DNA of 64,000 nucleotides from Lentisphaeria bacterium (GTDB lineage Bacteria; Verrucomicrobiota; Lentisphaeria; Victivallales; UBA1829): NCBI GenBank assembly GCA_017541665.1, contig JAFXYP010000065.1, positions 39,167 to 103,166 of the forward strand, read 5' to 3'. Shown piece by piece: positions 56,292 to 64,000 of this stretch (position 1 is its first letter; each line of letters starts with the position of its first letter). The notes under the pieces were generated by a model. It saw only the letters and a program-made list of their open reading frames with translations, ran no database searches and was not told where the DNA came from. The position numbers and the translations under genes were made by a program.

Positions 56292-57170
56292 ATGATAATG
56301 GCGCGGCGGCTGGAAATCGGCCTGCATGACGGTGGAAGCATCGGATTGCAGGCGGACGCCCCGGAAGAGGCGATCGCCTTCGACGGGTTGGCAGAGCTTC
56401 TGCACCTGAAGACGGAGGTGCCGGGAAACAGTGCCGCCGACGCGGTGCTGAACCTGCCGGACGCAATGCCGGAGGGACGGCACACGCTTCGATCGACAGC
56501 TTTGACGGAGATCGCATACGCGCCGGATTGGAGCCGGATCCTGATCGCGGGCTGGAAAAAACAGCCCCGGCGCAGGGCATATTACTGCCTTTGCCTGTGG
56601 CAGACGGCACTGGTCTGCGCCGGAATGCATGCCGCCCTGCGCGGGGAAAAAGCCGTGCTGGCGCACTGCGCCGTTCTGGAGACAGGCCGCGGAGCCGTGC
56701 TGCTCTTCGGCGAGAGCGGAATGGGCAAGAGCACGGCGGCGGCGCGCTGGCGCGCATACGGCGGGAAATGCGTTTCGGACGACATGGCACTGCTGGATTT
56801 CAGCGGCGGGGACGGACAAATCCGCGTCCGCCGGATGCCGACCTGGAGCGCATGCCGCGAGGGGAAAAACAAAGGATATTACCCCTCGTCCGAGGAACTC
56901 CCGACGGCCGGGCTTCTGGTGCTGGGACGGAGCGGAAACGGGCGCGACGGGATCGTGAATCTGAGCACGGCGCAGTTTTTCGCCCAGTGCTACCGGTCGT
57001 TGTTCTACTGGATTCTTTCCCCCGCGAAAGACCTGCCGGAGGAAAAACAGCGCCTCCTGGCGGACCGAATACGGAAACAGACGGAACTCATCACGGACCG
57101 GTTCGCGCCGCGGGCGCTCCTGGCCGCGCTTGACGGAAACCTGCCGAAACTCATTGAGGACGCATTATGA
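56292..57170 (+). CDS. HPr kinase-related (HprK C-terminal-domain-like) P-loop kinase
   Basis: About 292 aa from ATG 56292 (track start is TTG 56280). The core HCAVLETGRGAVLLFGESGMGKSTAAARWRAYGGKCVSDDMALL matches the HprK pattern H-x-V-x3-G-x-G-V-L-L-x-G-x-SG-x-GKS...DD. Confidence 0.75.
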   Translation: MIMARRLEIGLHDGGSIGLQADAPEEAIAFDGLAELLHLKTEVPGNSAADAVLNLPDAMPEGRHTLRSTALTEIAYAPDWSRILIAGWKKQPRRRAYYCLCLWQTALVCAGMHAALRGEKAVLAHCAVLETGRGAVLLFGESGMGKSTAAARWRAYGGKCVSDDMALLDFSGGDGQIRVRRMPTWSACREGKNKGYYPSSEELPTAGLLVLGRSGNGRDGIVNLSTAQFFAQCYRSLFYWILSPAKDLPEEKQRLLADRIRKQTELITDRFAPRALLAALDGNLPKLIEDAL

Positions 57171-57427
57171 AACTGAATCCATTTGCGGTGATGGCGGAGC
57201 AGTTCGACGGAACGGGACTGGTGTTCCACCCCGAAACGAATGCCGCCGTCTCCCTGAACAAGACCGGCGTGTACCTGTGGAACCGCCTGAAGGAAGGCGC
57301 GGACGAGGCGGCGCTTGCCGCCGGGCTGCTGGAACGCTACGACGGCGTGACGCAGGAGAAAGCCGAGGCAGACGTGGCGGCGTTTCTGGAGGAACTGCGG
57401 AGCCGTTCGCTGCTGTCGGAGGAGTGA
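57167..57427 (+). CDS. PqqD-family peptide-binding protein (RiPP recognition element)
   Basis: 86 aa, with ATGA overlap to the kinase gene. GLVFHPETNAAVSLNKTGVYLWNRLKEGADEAALAAGLLERYDGVTQEKAEADVAAFLEELRSRSLL fits the PqqD pattern (x-LN-x-TG-x-x-W...DV-x-x-FL-x-x-L). Confidence 0.85.
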   Translation: MKLNPFAVMAEQFDGTGLVFHPETNAAVSLNKTGVYLWNRLKEGADEAALAAGLLERYDGVTQEKAEADVAAFLEELRSRSLLSEE

Positions 57428-57433
57428 ACGGAG

Positions 57434-58045
57434 ATGAACGGGACGGCCGTGCCGGACGAAGCGTATTACTCGGGAAACAGCATGCGGGGGATATTCGTGC
57501 CCGGGGAGAAACTCCGGCTCGCCGATGAAACGCCGTTCGAACAGCTCCGCGCAGGAGACGTGGCCGTGAACTTCGGTCGCATGCCTTACATTGTCCACCG
57601 CGTCGTCGGAATCCGGGACGGAGTTGCCGTCACCATGGGCGACAACAACGACCGTCCCGACGCATGGCCCCTGAACCCGTCCACACCATTCCGCATCGTG
57701 ACCGGCGTTTTCTCCGCGGACGGGACAGTCCGTCCCGTGGCGGGCGGGGAAGCCGGCATGCGGCAGTTCCGGAGTCAGCAGAGGAAACGGAAGACGCGCC
57801 GGATCGCCGGATGTCTGGTCCGCCCCCTGCGACCGCTGAAAATCCTGCGTCTCCCGGCACGCCGGGAGACGCGCTTCCGCGACGGCACGGTGCAATGGAG
57901 CTTCGCCGGAATCCCAGTGGCAGCACGCGGGCCTTCCGGGCGCACCATGTACCTTCACTGGTCGAAACGCCTATTTTTCCGCGTACCGGAACGTGAGGAC
58001 GGGAAAAACGGAAAAGATCGGTTCTCCGGGTCGTCGGAGACTTGA
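57434..58045 (+). CDS. S26-family peptidase, SipW/archaeal-type (Ser-His) signal-peptidase-like, without TM anchor
   Basis: 203 aa. The catalytic Ser box SGNSMRGIF, then YIVHRVVGI (His in place of the bacterial Lys box) and TMGDNNDRPD parallel Bacillus SipW (SGSMEP...VTHRIV...KGDNN). There is no hydrophobic segment before the Ser box, and the C-terminal tail is Arg-rich. Confidence 0.75.
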   Translation: MNGTAVPDEAYYSGNSMRGIFVPGEKLRLADETPFEQLRAGDVAVNFGRMPYIVHRVVGIRDGVAVTMGDNNDRPDAWPLNPSTPFRIVTGVFSADGTVRPVAGGEAGMRQFRSQQRKRKTRRIAGCLVRPLRPLKILRLPARRETRFRDGTVQWSFAGIPVAARGPSGRTMYLHWSKRLFFRVPEREDGKNGKDRFSGSSET

Positions 58046-58144
58046 AAAAACAGGGAAACCGGGTATATTTATGCCAATCCGCTTGAATTATGTTTTTGTG
58101 CGCATGGATGCGGGAAAGAAATCCGTTTCCCGGGGCTTTGAATC

Positions 58145-61102
58145 ATGGATGAGATCATAACAGACACTGTTGAAGTTTCTTCCGGCAGCACCATGACCGG
58201 GCTTCTGGTCCTTCAGGACGGCACCCTGAAGGTCCTGAACGGAGGCCGCGCGCAGAACGTCGGGCTTGCCGACGGAGGAAAAGCCTTTGTCTCCTCCGGC
58301 GGCGGCCTGAGTGTGTGCACCGTCTCCGCCGGCGGCACGCTGGAAATCCTGAGCAGCGGCGTCGCAAGAGACGTCACGGTGGAAAACGGCGGCCTTTACG
58401 TGGTGTCCAGCGGCGGCTCGACCATCCGAAGCTTCATCCAGGGAGGCGGCAAACAGGTCGTTTATGCCGGCGTGAGGGTCATCAGCGCGTTTGTGGAGTC
58501 CGACGGCGCGCTGCATATTTCCTCGGGCGCGCTCGCGTCTTCTCCGGTCATATCGGAGGGCGGCGCGATGTACCAGTGGCAGCGCGGACTGTCGGACCGG
58601 GCACAGGTCTACGGCACGCTTTACGTAAGCGGAACCGCCGCCAATGCGGAAAGCGCCACGGTGTTCGACCACGGCCGGATCGAGATCCAGGCGGACGGAC
58701 ACGGCTTCAAGATCGGAATCAGCTCCGGCGGCGCGCTGGATGTGAAATCCGGCGGGGCAGTCAACTCCGCGCTCGTGTACGCAGGCGGCAGCTTCACGGT
58801 CTCCGCCGGAGCCGTCGGTTTCAATGCGAGAGTCAACGGCGGCACGATGACCCTGGCGGGCGGGATCGCCCCCGAGGCAGAGGCAGGCGAAGACGCCCCC
58901 TCCCCCGTGCCCGGCGGTTCTGCGAGCAATACCACCGTCAATTCCGGCGGCAGCCTGCTTGTTTCCTCGGGAGCCGCCGCGGACAGCGCCACAGTCAATT
59001 CCGGCGGACATCTCTGCATCTCCGCCGGCGGCACCGCCATGGAAGTCAGGGAAAACGGCGGCTATGTTCAGGTTGAAGACGGCGCGGATGTCACGTTCGT
59101 CCCGAACACGATCGACGAGCTTCTGCTGGAAAAATCTTCCGCCACGATCCATTCCGGCACGACCGCAGTCAACGCCACGGTCAACTCCGGCGGCAGGCTC
59201 GAAGTCTTTTCCGGCGGCACGGCGACGATCGTTTTCAATCCATGGCAGGGGCAAATCAGTTCAAGTATTGGGGCGGAGATCGTTTATCTGGAACGGGACG
59301 CCAACGTTTATTGCCGTAAAGACAGTGTCACCAGCAAAGCCGACGTCATGGATTCCCTGGACCTTGCATCAGAGGATAAGGCAATCGTATATTCCGACGG
59401 TATCATCAACGGCGCGACGGTCAATCCCGGCGGCGGAATTGAAATATGTTCCGGCGGCACTGCGAACGCAATCGTAGAGAACGGCGGGTATGTATCTGTT
59501 GGGAATGGTGCGGTAGTATCATTCATTCCCAATTCCATTTCAGGACTGATCGTTTATTCCGCGGCAACGATTCATTCCGGCACGACGGCACACGACATCA
59601 CGGTCAGCTCCGGCGGAGTCATTTATGTCTCCAGTGGCGGGAAACTGACAGGAAAGATGTTTTGTTCGAAAGGGGCGATCGTTTCCGCATACGAGGGGGC
59701 GGTGCTGGATTTCGACCTGACGCACGCGGAGGCGGGAGCCGAAGCGCTCGTGAACGATATTTCGATCATTCAGGGCACGCCTTTGTACACGCTCACGGTG
59801 GACGAGGACCTGGCGCCGGGAAGCTACACCAGCACGCTCGCGGACGGCGCGGGCGGGTTCGACGGCACGATCTCCGTGGTGAATCCCGGCGGCGACGAGC
59901 TCGGCAAGTTCACAGTCGGAGAGACGGTGAAGGTCGGATACGACGATTATACATTGAATTTGACGGATGGCACATTGAGCCTAACGGTCGAAGCGCCCGA
60001 CCTGACGCCGACCAACCTCGTCGGCACGCCGGAGCGGGTGTCATGGGACGCGACCGGCGCGGCGCAGTACATCGTGGAGTATTCGGCCGACAGTTTCGAC
60101 CACGCGATCCGGACGACGACCACGGGATCCGCCATGGACCTGCTGGAACTGCCCGCCGGGACGTACCAGTGGCGCGTGAGGGGAGACGCCAACAGCGATT
60201 GGGCGGTCGGCGAGGCGATCGTGTCCGATACGGAACCCGGCGGTCCGCCGAAGGCCGTCCAGTCCAACGCGGACGGCAGCGACGACATCTTCTTCGCCGT
60301 GCAGGACGGCGCGTGGGAGGACATCTTCTACGCGATGAACGCCGGTTCCCTCAACGACTGGAACGGGACGAAGGAGATCGTTTTCGCCGGGGGCAAGGGA
60401 CATATCCGAAACCTCTTCTTCGGCTCGAATGACGCCAACATCCTGTGCCTGACCGATTCGGACATCGGCGACGCGATCTTCGTGGACGACGAGTTCACGG
60501 GGCAGCCGGAGACCCTCGCGGAACAGCAGGCGCGCCTGGCGAGGATCGACGAAATCCGGGCGGGCGCGGGCGACGACCTCATCGACATGACCAGCAACCG
60601 CATCGAATACACCGGCGACGGCCTGACGATCCGCGGAGGAGACGGCGACGACATCATCTGGGCGAACAAGGGCGACAACATGCTCTTCGGCGACGCCGGG
60701 GACGACCGTCTGGTCGGCGCGTCCGGCGACGACGTCATCGCGGGCGGCACCGGCGACGACTCCATGCACGGAGGAGGCGGCAGCGACACCTTCACGTTCT
60801 GCGACAACTGGGGCTCGGACACGGTGGAGCAGATCGCGGGCGGATTCGTCACACTATGGTTCGTATCCGGCAGCCTGGATAACTGGGACCCGGAGACGCT
60901 GACCTACACGGACGGCGAAAACAGCGTCGCGGTCCGCGGCGTCGGCATCGATGCGGATCTGGTCGTGCTCAAATTCGGCGCGGGGGACACCCCGGAGGAC
61001 GCCGCGAGGTTCGCCGCATTGTCCGGCATGGGTGCGTTCGACGCCTTCTCCTCGCAGAAAGTCTTCGAGGAATCCGCATCCGTCCCCGGCGCCCTCGCCT
61101 GA
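58145..61102 (+). CDS. AIDA-type 19-residue-repeat protein with Fn3-like domain and C-terminal RTX calcium-binding repeats
   Basis: 985 aa with no signal peptide. Residues ~20-520 are strand-loop-strand repeats of period 19 (ATVNSGGSLLVSSGAAADS / ATVNSGGHLCISAGGTAME / VRENGGYVQVEDGADVTFV...). There is an Fn3-like stretch (PTNLVGTPERVSWDATGAAQYIVEYS...GTYQWRVRG). RTX nonapeptides at ~60560-60800 read GAGDDLIDM...GGDGDDIIWANKGDNMLFGDAGDDRLVGASGDDVIAGGTGDDSMHGGGGSDTFTF. Confidence 0.85.
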   Translation: MDEIITDTVEVSSGSTMTGLLVLQDGTLKVLNGGRAQNVGLADGGKAFVSSGGGLSVCTVSAGGTLEILSSGVARDVTVENGGLYVVSSGGSTIRSFIQGGGKQVVYAGVRVISAFVESDGALHISSGALASSPVISEGGAMYQWQRGLSDRAQVYGTLYVSGTAANAESATVFDHGRIEIQADGHGFKIGISSGGALDVKSGGAVNSALVYAGGSFTVSAGAVGFNARVNGGTMTLAGGIAPEAEAGEDAPSPVPGGSASNTTVNSGGSLLVSSGAAADSATVNSGGHLCISAGGTAMEVRENGGYVQVEDGADVTFVPNTIDELLLEKSSATIHSGTTAVNATVNSGGRLEVFSGGTATIVFNPWQGQISSSIGAEIVYLERDANVYCRKDSVTSKADVMDSLDLASEDKAIVYSDGIINGATVNPGGGIEICSGGTANAIVENGGYVSVGNGAVVSFIPNSISGLIVYSAATIHSGTTAHDITVSSGGVIYVSSGGKLTGKMFCSKGAIVSAYEGAVLDFDLTHAEAGAEALVNDISIIQGTPLYTLTVDEDLAPGSYTSTLADGAGGFDGTISVVNPGGDELGKFTVGETVKVGYDDYTLNLTDGTLSLTVEAPDLTPTNLVGTPERVSWDATGAAQYIVEYSADSFDHAIRTTTTGSAMDLLELPAGTYQWRVRGDANSDWAVGEAIVSDTEPGGPPKAVQSNADGSDDIFFAVQDGAWEDIFYAMNAGSLNDWNGTKEIVFAGGKGHIRNLFFGSNDANILCLTDSDIGDAIFVDDEFTGQPETLAEQQARLARIDEIRAGAGDDLIDMTSNRIEYTGDGLTIRGGDGDDIIWANKGDNMLFGDAGDDRLVGASGDDVIAGGTGDDSMHGGGGSDTFTFCDNWGSDTVEQIAGGFVTLWFVSGSLDNWDPETLTYTDGENSVAVRGVGIDADLVVLKFGAGDTPEDAARFAALSGMGAFDAFSSQKVFEESASVPGALA

Positions 61103-61271
61103 GCACAGCACCGCTTGCGGTATGCGCGAGAGCAGCCGCGCACTACATCAGCACCGCCTGCGGTGTGCGCGGATAATACGCCCGGCGGTTTGCATTCCGG
61201 CCCGCTCCGGGTTATATTAAGGGCGGACCGCATACCGGCTTCCCGTCACCAAACAAGAAAGGAACCGCCTT

Positions 61272-61829
61272 ATGAAAACGCTTCTCATCGCCGGACATCC
61301 CGATCTCTCGCAATCCGTCGTCAACGCCGCGATCATGGACGAACTCGCGCGCGCCCTCCCCGGCATCACGGTCCGCAGGCTCTGCGAGGTCGCGCCGGAC
61401 GGCGTGTTCGACGTCCCCGCGGAACAGGCCGCGCTCGCCGGGGCGGATCTGATCGTGTGGCAGTTCCCGTTCCACTGGTACGCCCTCCCCTGGCTCATGA
61501 AGAAATGGCTGGACGAGGTGTTCGTGCACGGCTTCGCGCACGGGACCGGGGCGAAACTGGCAGGAAAGAAGCTCCAGGTCTCCTTCACGACCGGGGCGCC
61601 TGCGGCGGCATACACCGGACAGGAAGGCTCTGTGGCGGACATCCGCGAACTCGTTTCCGTATTCCCCGCCATCGCGAAGGTGTGCGGACTGGACTGCCTC
61701 GCCCCGATCTGGCTGAACGGCGTCAGCTACGCCTCGCGCGACGATGCGGAGGCCGTCGCCCGGCAGCAGGCGCTGGCGCGCGACTACGCGGCGCGCCTCG
61801 CCGCCCGCATCCGCGAAATCCAGGGCTGA
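61272..61829 (+). CDS. flavodoxin-like fold NAD(P)H oxidoreductase (KefF/KefG / YwrO-like)
   Basis: 185 aa. Motifs: MKTLLIAGHPDLSQS, ADLIVWQFPFHWYALPWLMKKWLDEVF. Confidence 0.85.
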   Translation: MKTLLIAGHPDLSQSVVNAAIMDELARALPGITVRRLCEVAPDGVFDVPAEQAALAGADLIVWQFPFHWYALPWLMKKWLDEVFVHGFAHGTGAKLAGKKLQVSFTTGAPAAAYTGQEGSVADIRELVSVFPAIAKVCGLDCLAPIWLNGVSYASRDDAEAVARQQALARDYAARLAARIREIQG

Positions 61830-61928
61830 AAGGCTGAGAGTCTGAAAAAGCTGAAGCTCCCCCTGCTCCGCCCGATCTGAACGCAAAAAAAGGGAGCTGA
61901 GCACAAAAGAAAGGAATCCGGGCACGAA

Positions 61929-61964
61929 AAAGCCCGCACCGGAATGACGCGGGCTTTTATTTTG
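61929..61964. terminator. bidirectional rho-independent terminator
   Basis: AAAGCCCGC, a ~10-nt loop and GCGGGCTTT, followed by TATTTT. An A run upstream would serve the convergent minus-strand gene. Confidence 0.65.
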
Positions 61965-61977
61965 CTGTCGTTCGAGC

Positions 61978-64000
61978 TTACTTGCGTTCGGCGCGCTCGG
62001 GGTGTTCCTTCAATACCTCCGCCCAGTATTCCTGCATGGCGGCATCGAATTCCGCCCGGTCGGCATCGGTCCAGATACACGCGTCCCACCGCAGGCGTTC
62101 CGCGAGGTTGCGGTTGTCCGGCAGATTCTCGCGGACATACCGGTAGAACGCCAGCCGCAGGAGCGGCATCGAGGCGAGCCCGTAGGACGTTTCCGGTGCG
62201 GAGAAGTACCGGTCGAGGAATTCCTTCGCGGTGCCCGTGAGCTCGTCCGTCCCGCAGTCGTACCAGCGCGGCGCACGGTAATTCCCCTGCTCCGCGATCC
62301 GCTCCGCCTCCGGGATCACGCGCACGTCCTGCGGCTCGAACAGGCGGTCCAGGAAGACGCCGTTCAGGATCACGTTCAGGGACCCGTAGCGGACGAGGCG
62401 CACCCGGTAGCACGGATTGGGCGACCAGTACCCGTCGTCCATGCTCCTGCTGCCGCACAGGACGAAACTCTTGTACACGCCGCCGCTGGCGAAATCCGCC
62501 ACGCGCGCCGTGCAGAGCGGCTTTTTCTTCATGCAGTCGGCCGGGGTTTCCTGCTGGGAGGATGCGTAGACCTCAATGATGTAGTCGCGTTCGACGTTGT
62601 CGCCGATCCGCCCGTTCGAATTGAAGAAATACAGCGAAAGCCGGTAGTCTTCCTTCGGGTTCTTGAGGATCGTCAGCCACAGGTCCGGCCCCTCGAACTG
62701 CCGCGGATACTCCTCGCCGTTGTCGTTCCACTCCGACTGCGTCCGGTGGCCGTATTCCATCTGGAGCAGCACGTCGCGCCTGTCGTCCGCCACCTCCCAG
62801 TCGATCCAGTAACGATTGGAGTCGCTCCGGTTCTTGTGCGGGCCGATCATGACGCCGACCGAGATATCTTCGTTATGGACGCCGCCGTCCCAGCCGCCGC
62901 GGCCCGACAGCCGGGTGTTCATCGCGCACAGGATCTGCCTCCGCGCGCCGTAACGCCCGGGCCAGTCGCCCTTCGTCACCCAGTCTTCGCCGATGTAATA
63001 CGCCCAGTTCTTCTCCGGGCGCTCGTCGGGCAGCATGTCGTACCGCTCGAAATCCTGAAGGACCGAAACCGGGTCGGCAGCCGTGTGCGAAGGGTGATTC
63101 GCGGCGGTCGCCGGGACGGTCTGCGGCTTTTCGAACGCGTTGCCGCGGCAGAGCTTCTCCAGCCCGGTCCCGTACGTCGCCGCAAACACGCGGCCGTCGG
63201 GGAGCTCAACGAACCCGCGCACGGGCCGCCTGATCTCCGGCAGGCTGTAAACGATCTCGACGAGCGACGGGTTGGCCGGGTCCCGCCGTTCGATGCCGAG
63301 GATCACCTGCTTCGGGTCGTCGTCCGCTGCACGCAGCTCGACGCCCTTCGTGCGGTAGCCGATCCACAGGCCGTTCTTCCCGTAATAGACGCTGGTCACA
63401 TAGCTTTCCTTCAAAGGCCCGTAGCCGGGATCCTCCTCTTCGTAGCCGACGACGATTTCCTCCTCCTCTTCTTCGTCTTCAAAGTCTTCCTCGTCTTCGT
63501 CCTCCTCTTCCCCGTCATCGCCGATATAGATGACTCTGCCGTTCGAATCGGACTTCGACTTCTTTCGAGCCGGGTTCAATTCCTCGGCGATCTGCTCCTT
63601 CCGGTACGCATACTCGATCTTGTCCTTCAGGTCGCGCCCCTGCAGGAACCGGAAATCCCGGTCTTTGCCGAAGCTGATCCCGTTCAGGCCCGCGATGCAG
63701 ACCTGCCCCGCTTCGCCGATGGCGATGGCGTTGCAGAAATTCGAGCTCATGCCGTCGCCTTCAATAGTCAGAGGATAGAACGCCGCACGCTCCTTTCCCC
63801 AGCTGTCGGGCGCGCTCACACGCCACGAACGCCGGGCGCGGATGTCGATCTGGAGATATCCGCCGGTCTCCATCGCGCAGTGCAGTTTGTCGCCGGGGCC
63901 GAAACACACGCCGCGCACGCCGCCGGACGGAAGCCCGTTCAGAGCCGTGAAGTCGCGCCAGCTGTCTGTCTGCGAATCGTACACGCTCACGCCGGATTCG
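61978..64000 (-). CDS. large hypothetical protein with a poly-acidic insert (5' end probably outside window)
   Basis: The track ORF starts at GTG 63990 but the frame stays open to 64000. The N-terminal part looks like beta-propeller blades (SVYDSQTDSWRDFTALNGLPSGGVRGVCF). The acidic tract is GDDGEEEDEDEEDFEDEEEEEEIVVGYEEEDPG, and the rest has ordinary composition. Confidence 0.7.
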   Translation of the reverse strand, partial: ESGVSVYDSQTDSWRDFTALNGLPSGGVRGVCFGPGDKLHCAMETGGYLQIDIRARRSWRVSAPDSWGKERAAFYPLTIEGDGMSSNFCNAIAIGEAGQVCIAGLNGISFGKDRDFRFLQGRDLKDKIEYAYRKEQIAEELNPARKKSKSDSNGRVIYIGDDGEEEDEDEEDFEDEEEEEEIVVGYEEEDPGYGPLKESYVTSVYYGKNGLWIGYRTKGVELRAADDDPKQVILGIERRDPANPSLVEIVYSLPEIRRPVRGFVELPDGRVFAATYGTGLEKLCRGNAFEKPQTVPATAANHPSHTAADPVSVLQDFERYDMLPDERPEKNWAYYIGEDWVTKGDWPGRYGARRQILCAMNTRLSGRGGWDGGVHNEDISVGVMIGPHKNRSDSNRYWIDWEVADDRRDVLLQMEYGHRTQSEWNDNGEEYPRQFEGPDLWLTILKNPKEDYRLSLYFFNSNGRIGDNVERDYIIEVYASSQQETPADCMKKKPLCTARVADFASGGVYKSFVLCGSRSMDDGYWSPNPCYRVRLVRYGSLNVILNGVFLDRLFEPQDVRVIPEAERIAEQGNYRAPRWYDCGTDELTGTAKEFLDRYFSAPETSYGLASMPLLRLAFYRYVRENLPDNRNLAERLRWDACIWTDADRAEFDAAMQEYWAEVLKEHPERAERK

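Noticed and set aside
56100-58045. A canonical lasso-peptide cluster, suggested by the YxxP...T-containing leader-like peptide, Asp at position 7 or 9 after a putative cleavage site, the PqqD protein and the HprK-like kinase as in paeninodin-type clusters.
   Set aside because: There is no asparagine-synthetase-like lasso cyclase and no transglutaminase-like B2 protease anywhere in the window. The leader spacing does not fit the YxxPxLx3Gx5Tx consensus, and the tail after a putative ring would be too short. It is kept only as an analogy.
58145-61102. Classical type V autotransporter, or a complete type I secretion locus.
   Set aside because: The C-terminus shows RTX repeats and a short tail, not a ~250-300-aa beta-barrel translocator. 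No HlyD-type adaptor or TolC-type gene is present in the window, so only the substrate-like features are reported.

Overview
This is a GC-rich bacterial chromosomal segment. Gene content hints at a PVC-group (Lentisphaerota/Verrucomicrobiota-like) organism, but that is inference only.

**1-30 kb, mostly core functions.**
- Housekeeping genes: pdxA, queD, a KamA-family radical SAM enzyme, nadC and a YmdB-like phosphoesterase.
- A reverse-rubrerythrin gene paired with a Fur/PerR-like regulator.
- Envelope glycosylation genes: a UPF0104 flippase-like protein, a GT-C-like membrane protein and a GT2.
- A nine-gene operon with overlapping starts and stops (MoxR, ABC transporter, DUF58, BatA-like, vWA) at 16.9-30.0 kb.
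- The exception is a TibC/Aah-type (BAHT) autotransporter O-heptosyltransferase, translationally coupled to a GT2, at 5.2-7.9 kb.

**30-34.8 kb.** A lower-GC orphan membrane gene is followed by a BIME-like cluster of REP-type hairpins (31.56-32.08 kb) and then feoAB.

**34.8-61.1 kb, accessory block.**
- Two tandem orphan secretin paralogues.
- A divergently transcribed 571-aa ABC exporter.
- A 14.8-kb gene for a modular repeat protein of about 4,930 aa, split in this assembly by a 1-nt frameshift at a T5 run.
- A compact peptide-maturation cassette: a candidate 54-aa precursor, an HprK-like kinase, a PqqD-type RRE and a TM-less SipW-type S26 peptidase.
- A 985-aa protein with 19-residue AIDA-type repeats and C-terminal RTX repeats.

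The most interesting candidates for novelty are the peptide cassette and the combination of BAHT, AIDA-type repeats, RTX repeats, secretins and ABC exporter.

All calls come from reading the translations and DNA by eye; no database search was run. The many long reverse-frame ORFs are GC-rich shadow ORFs.
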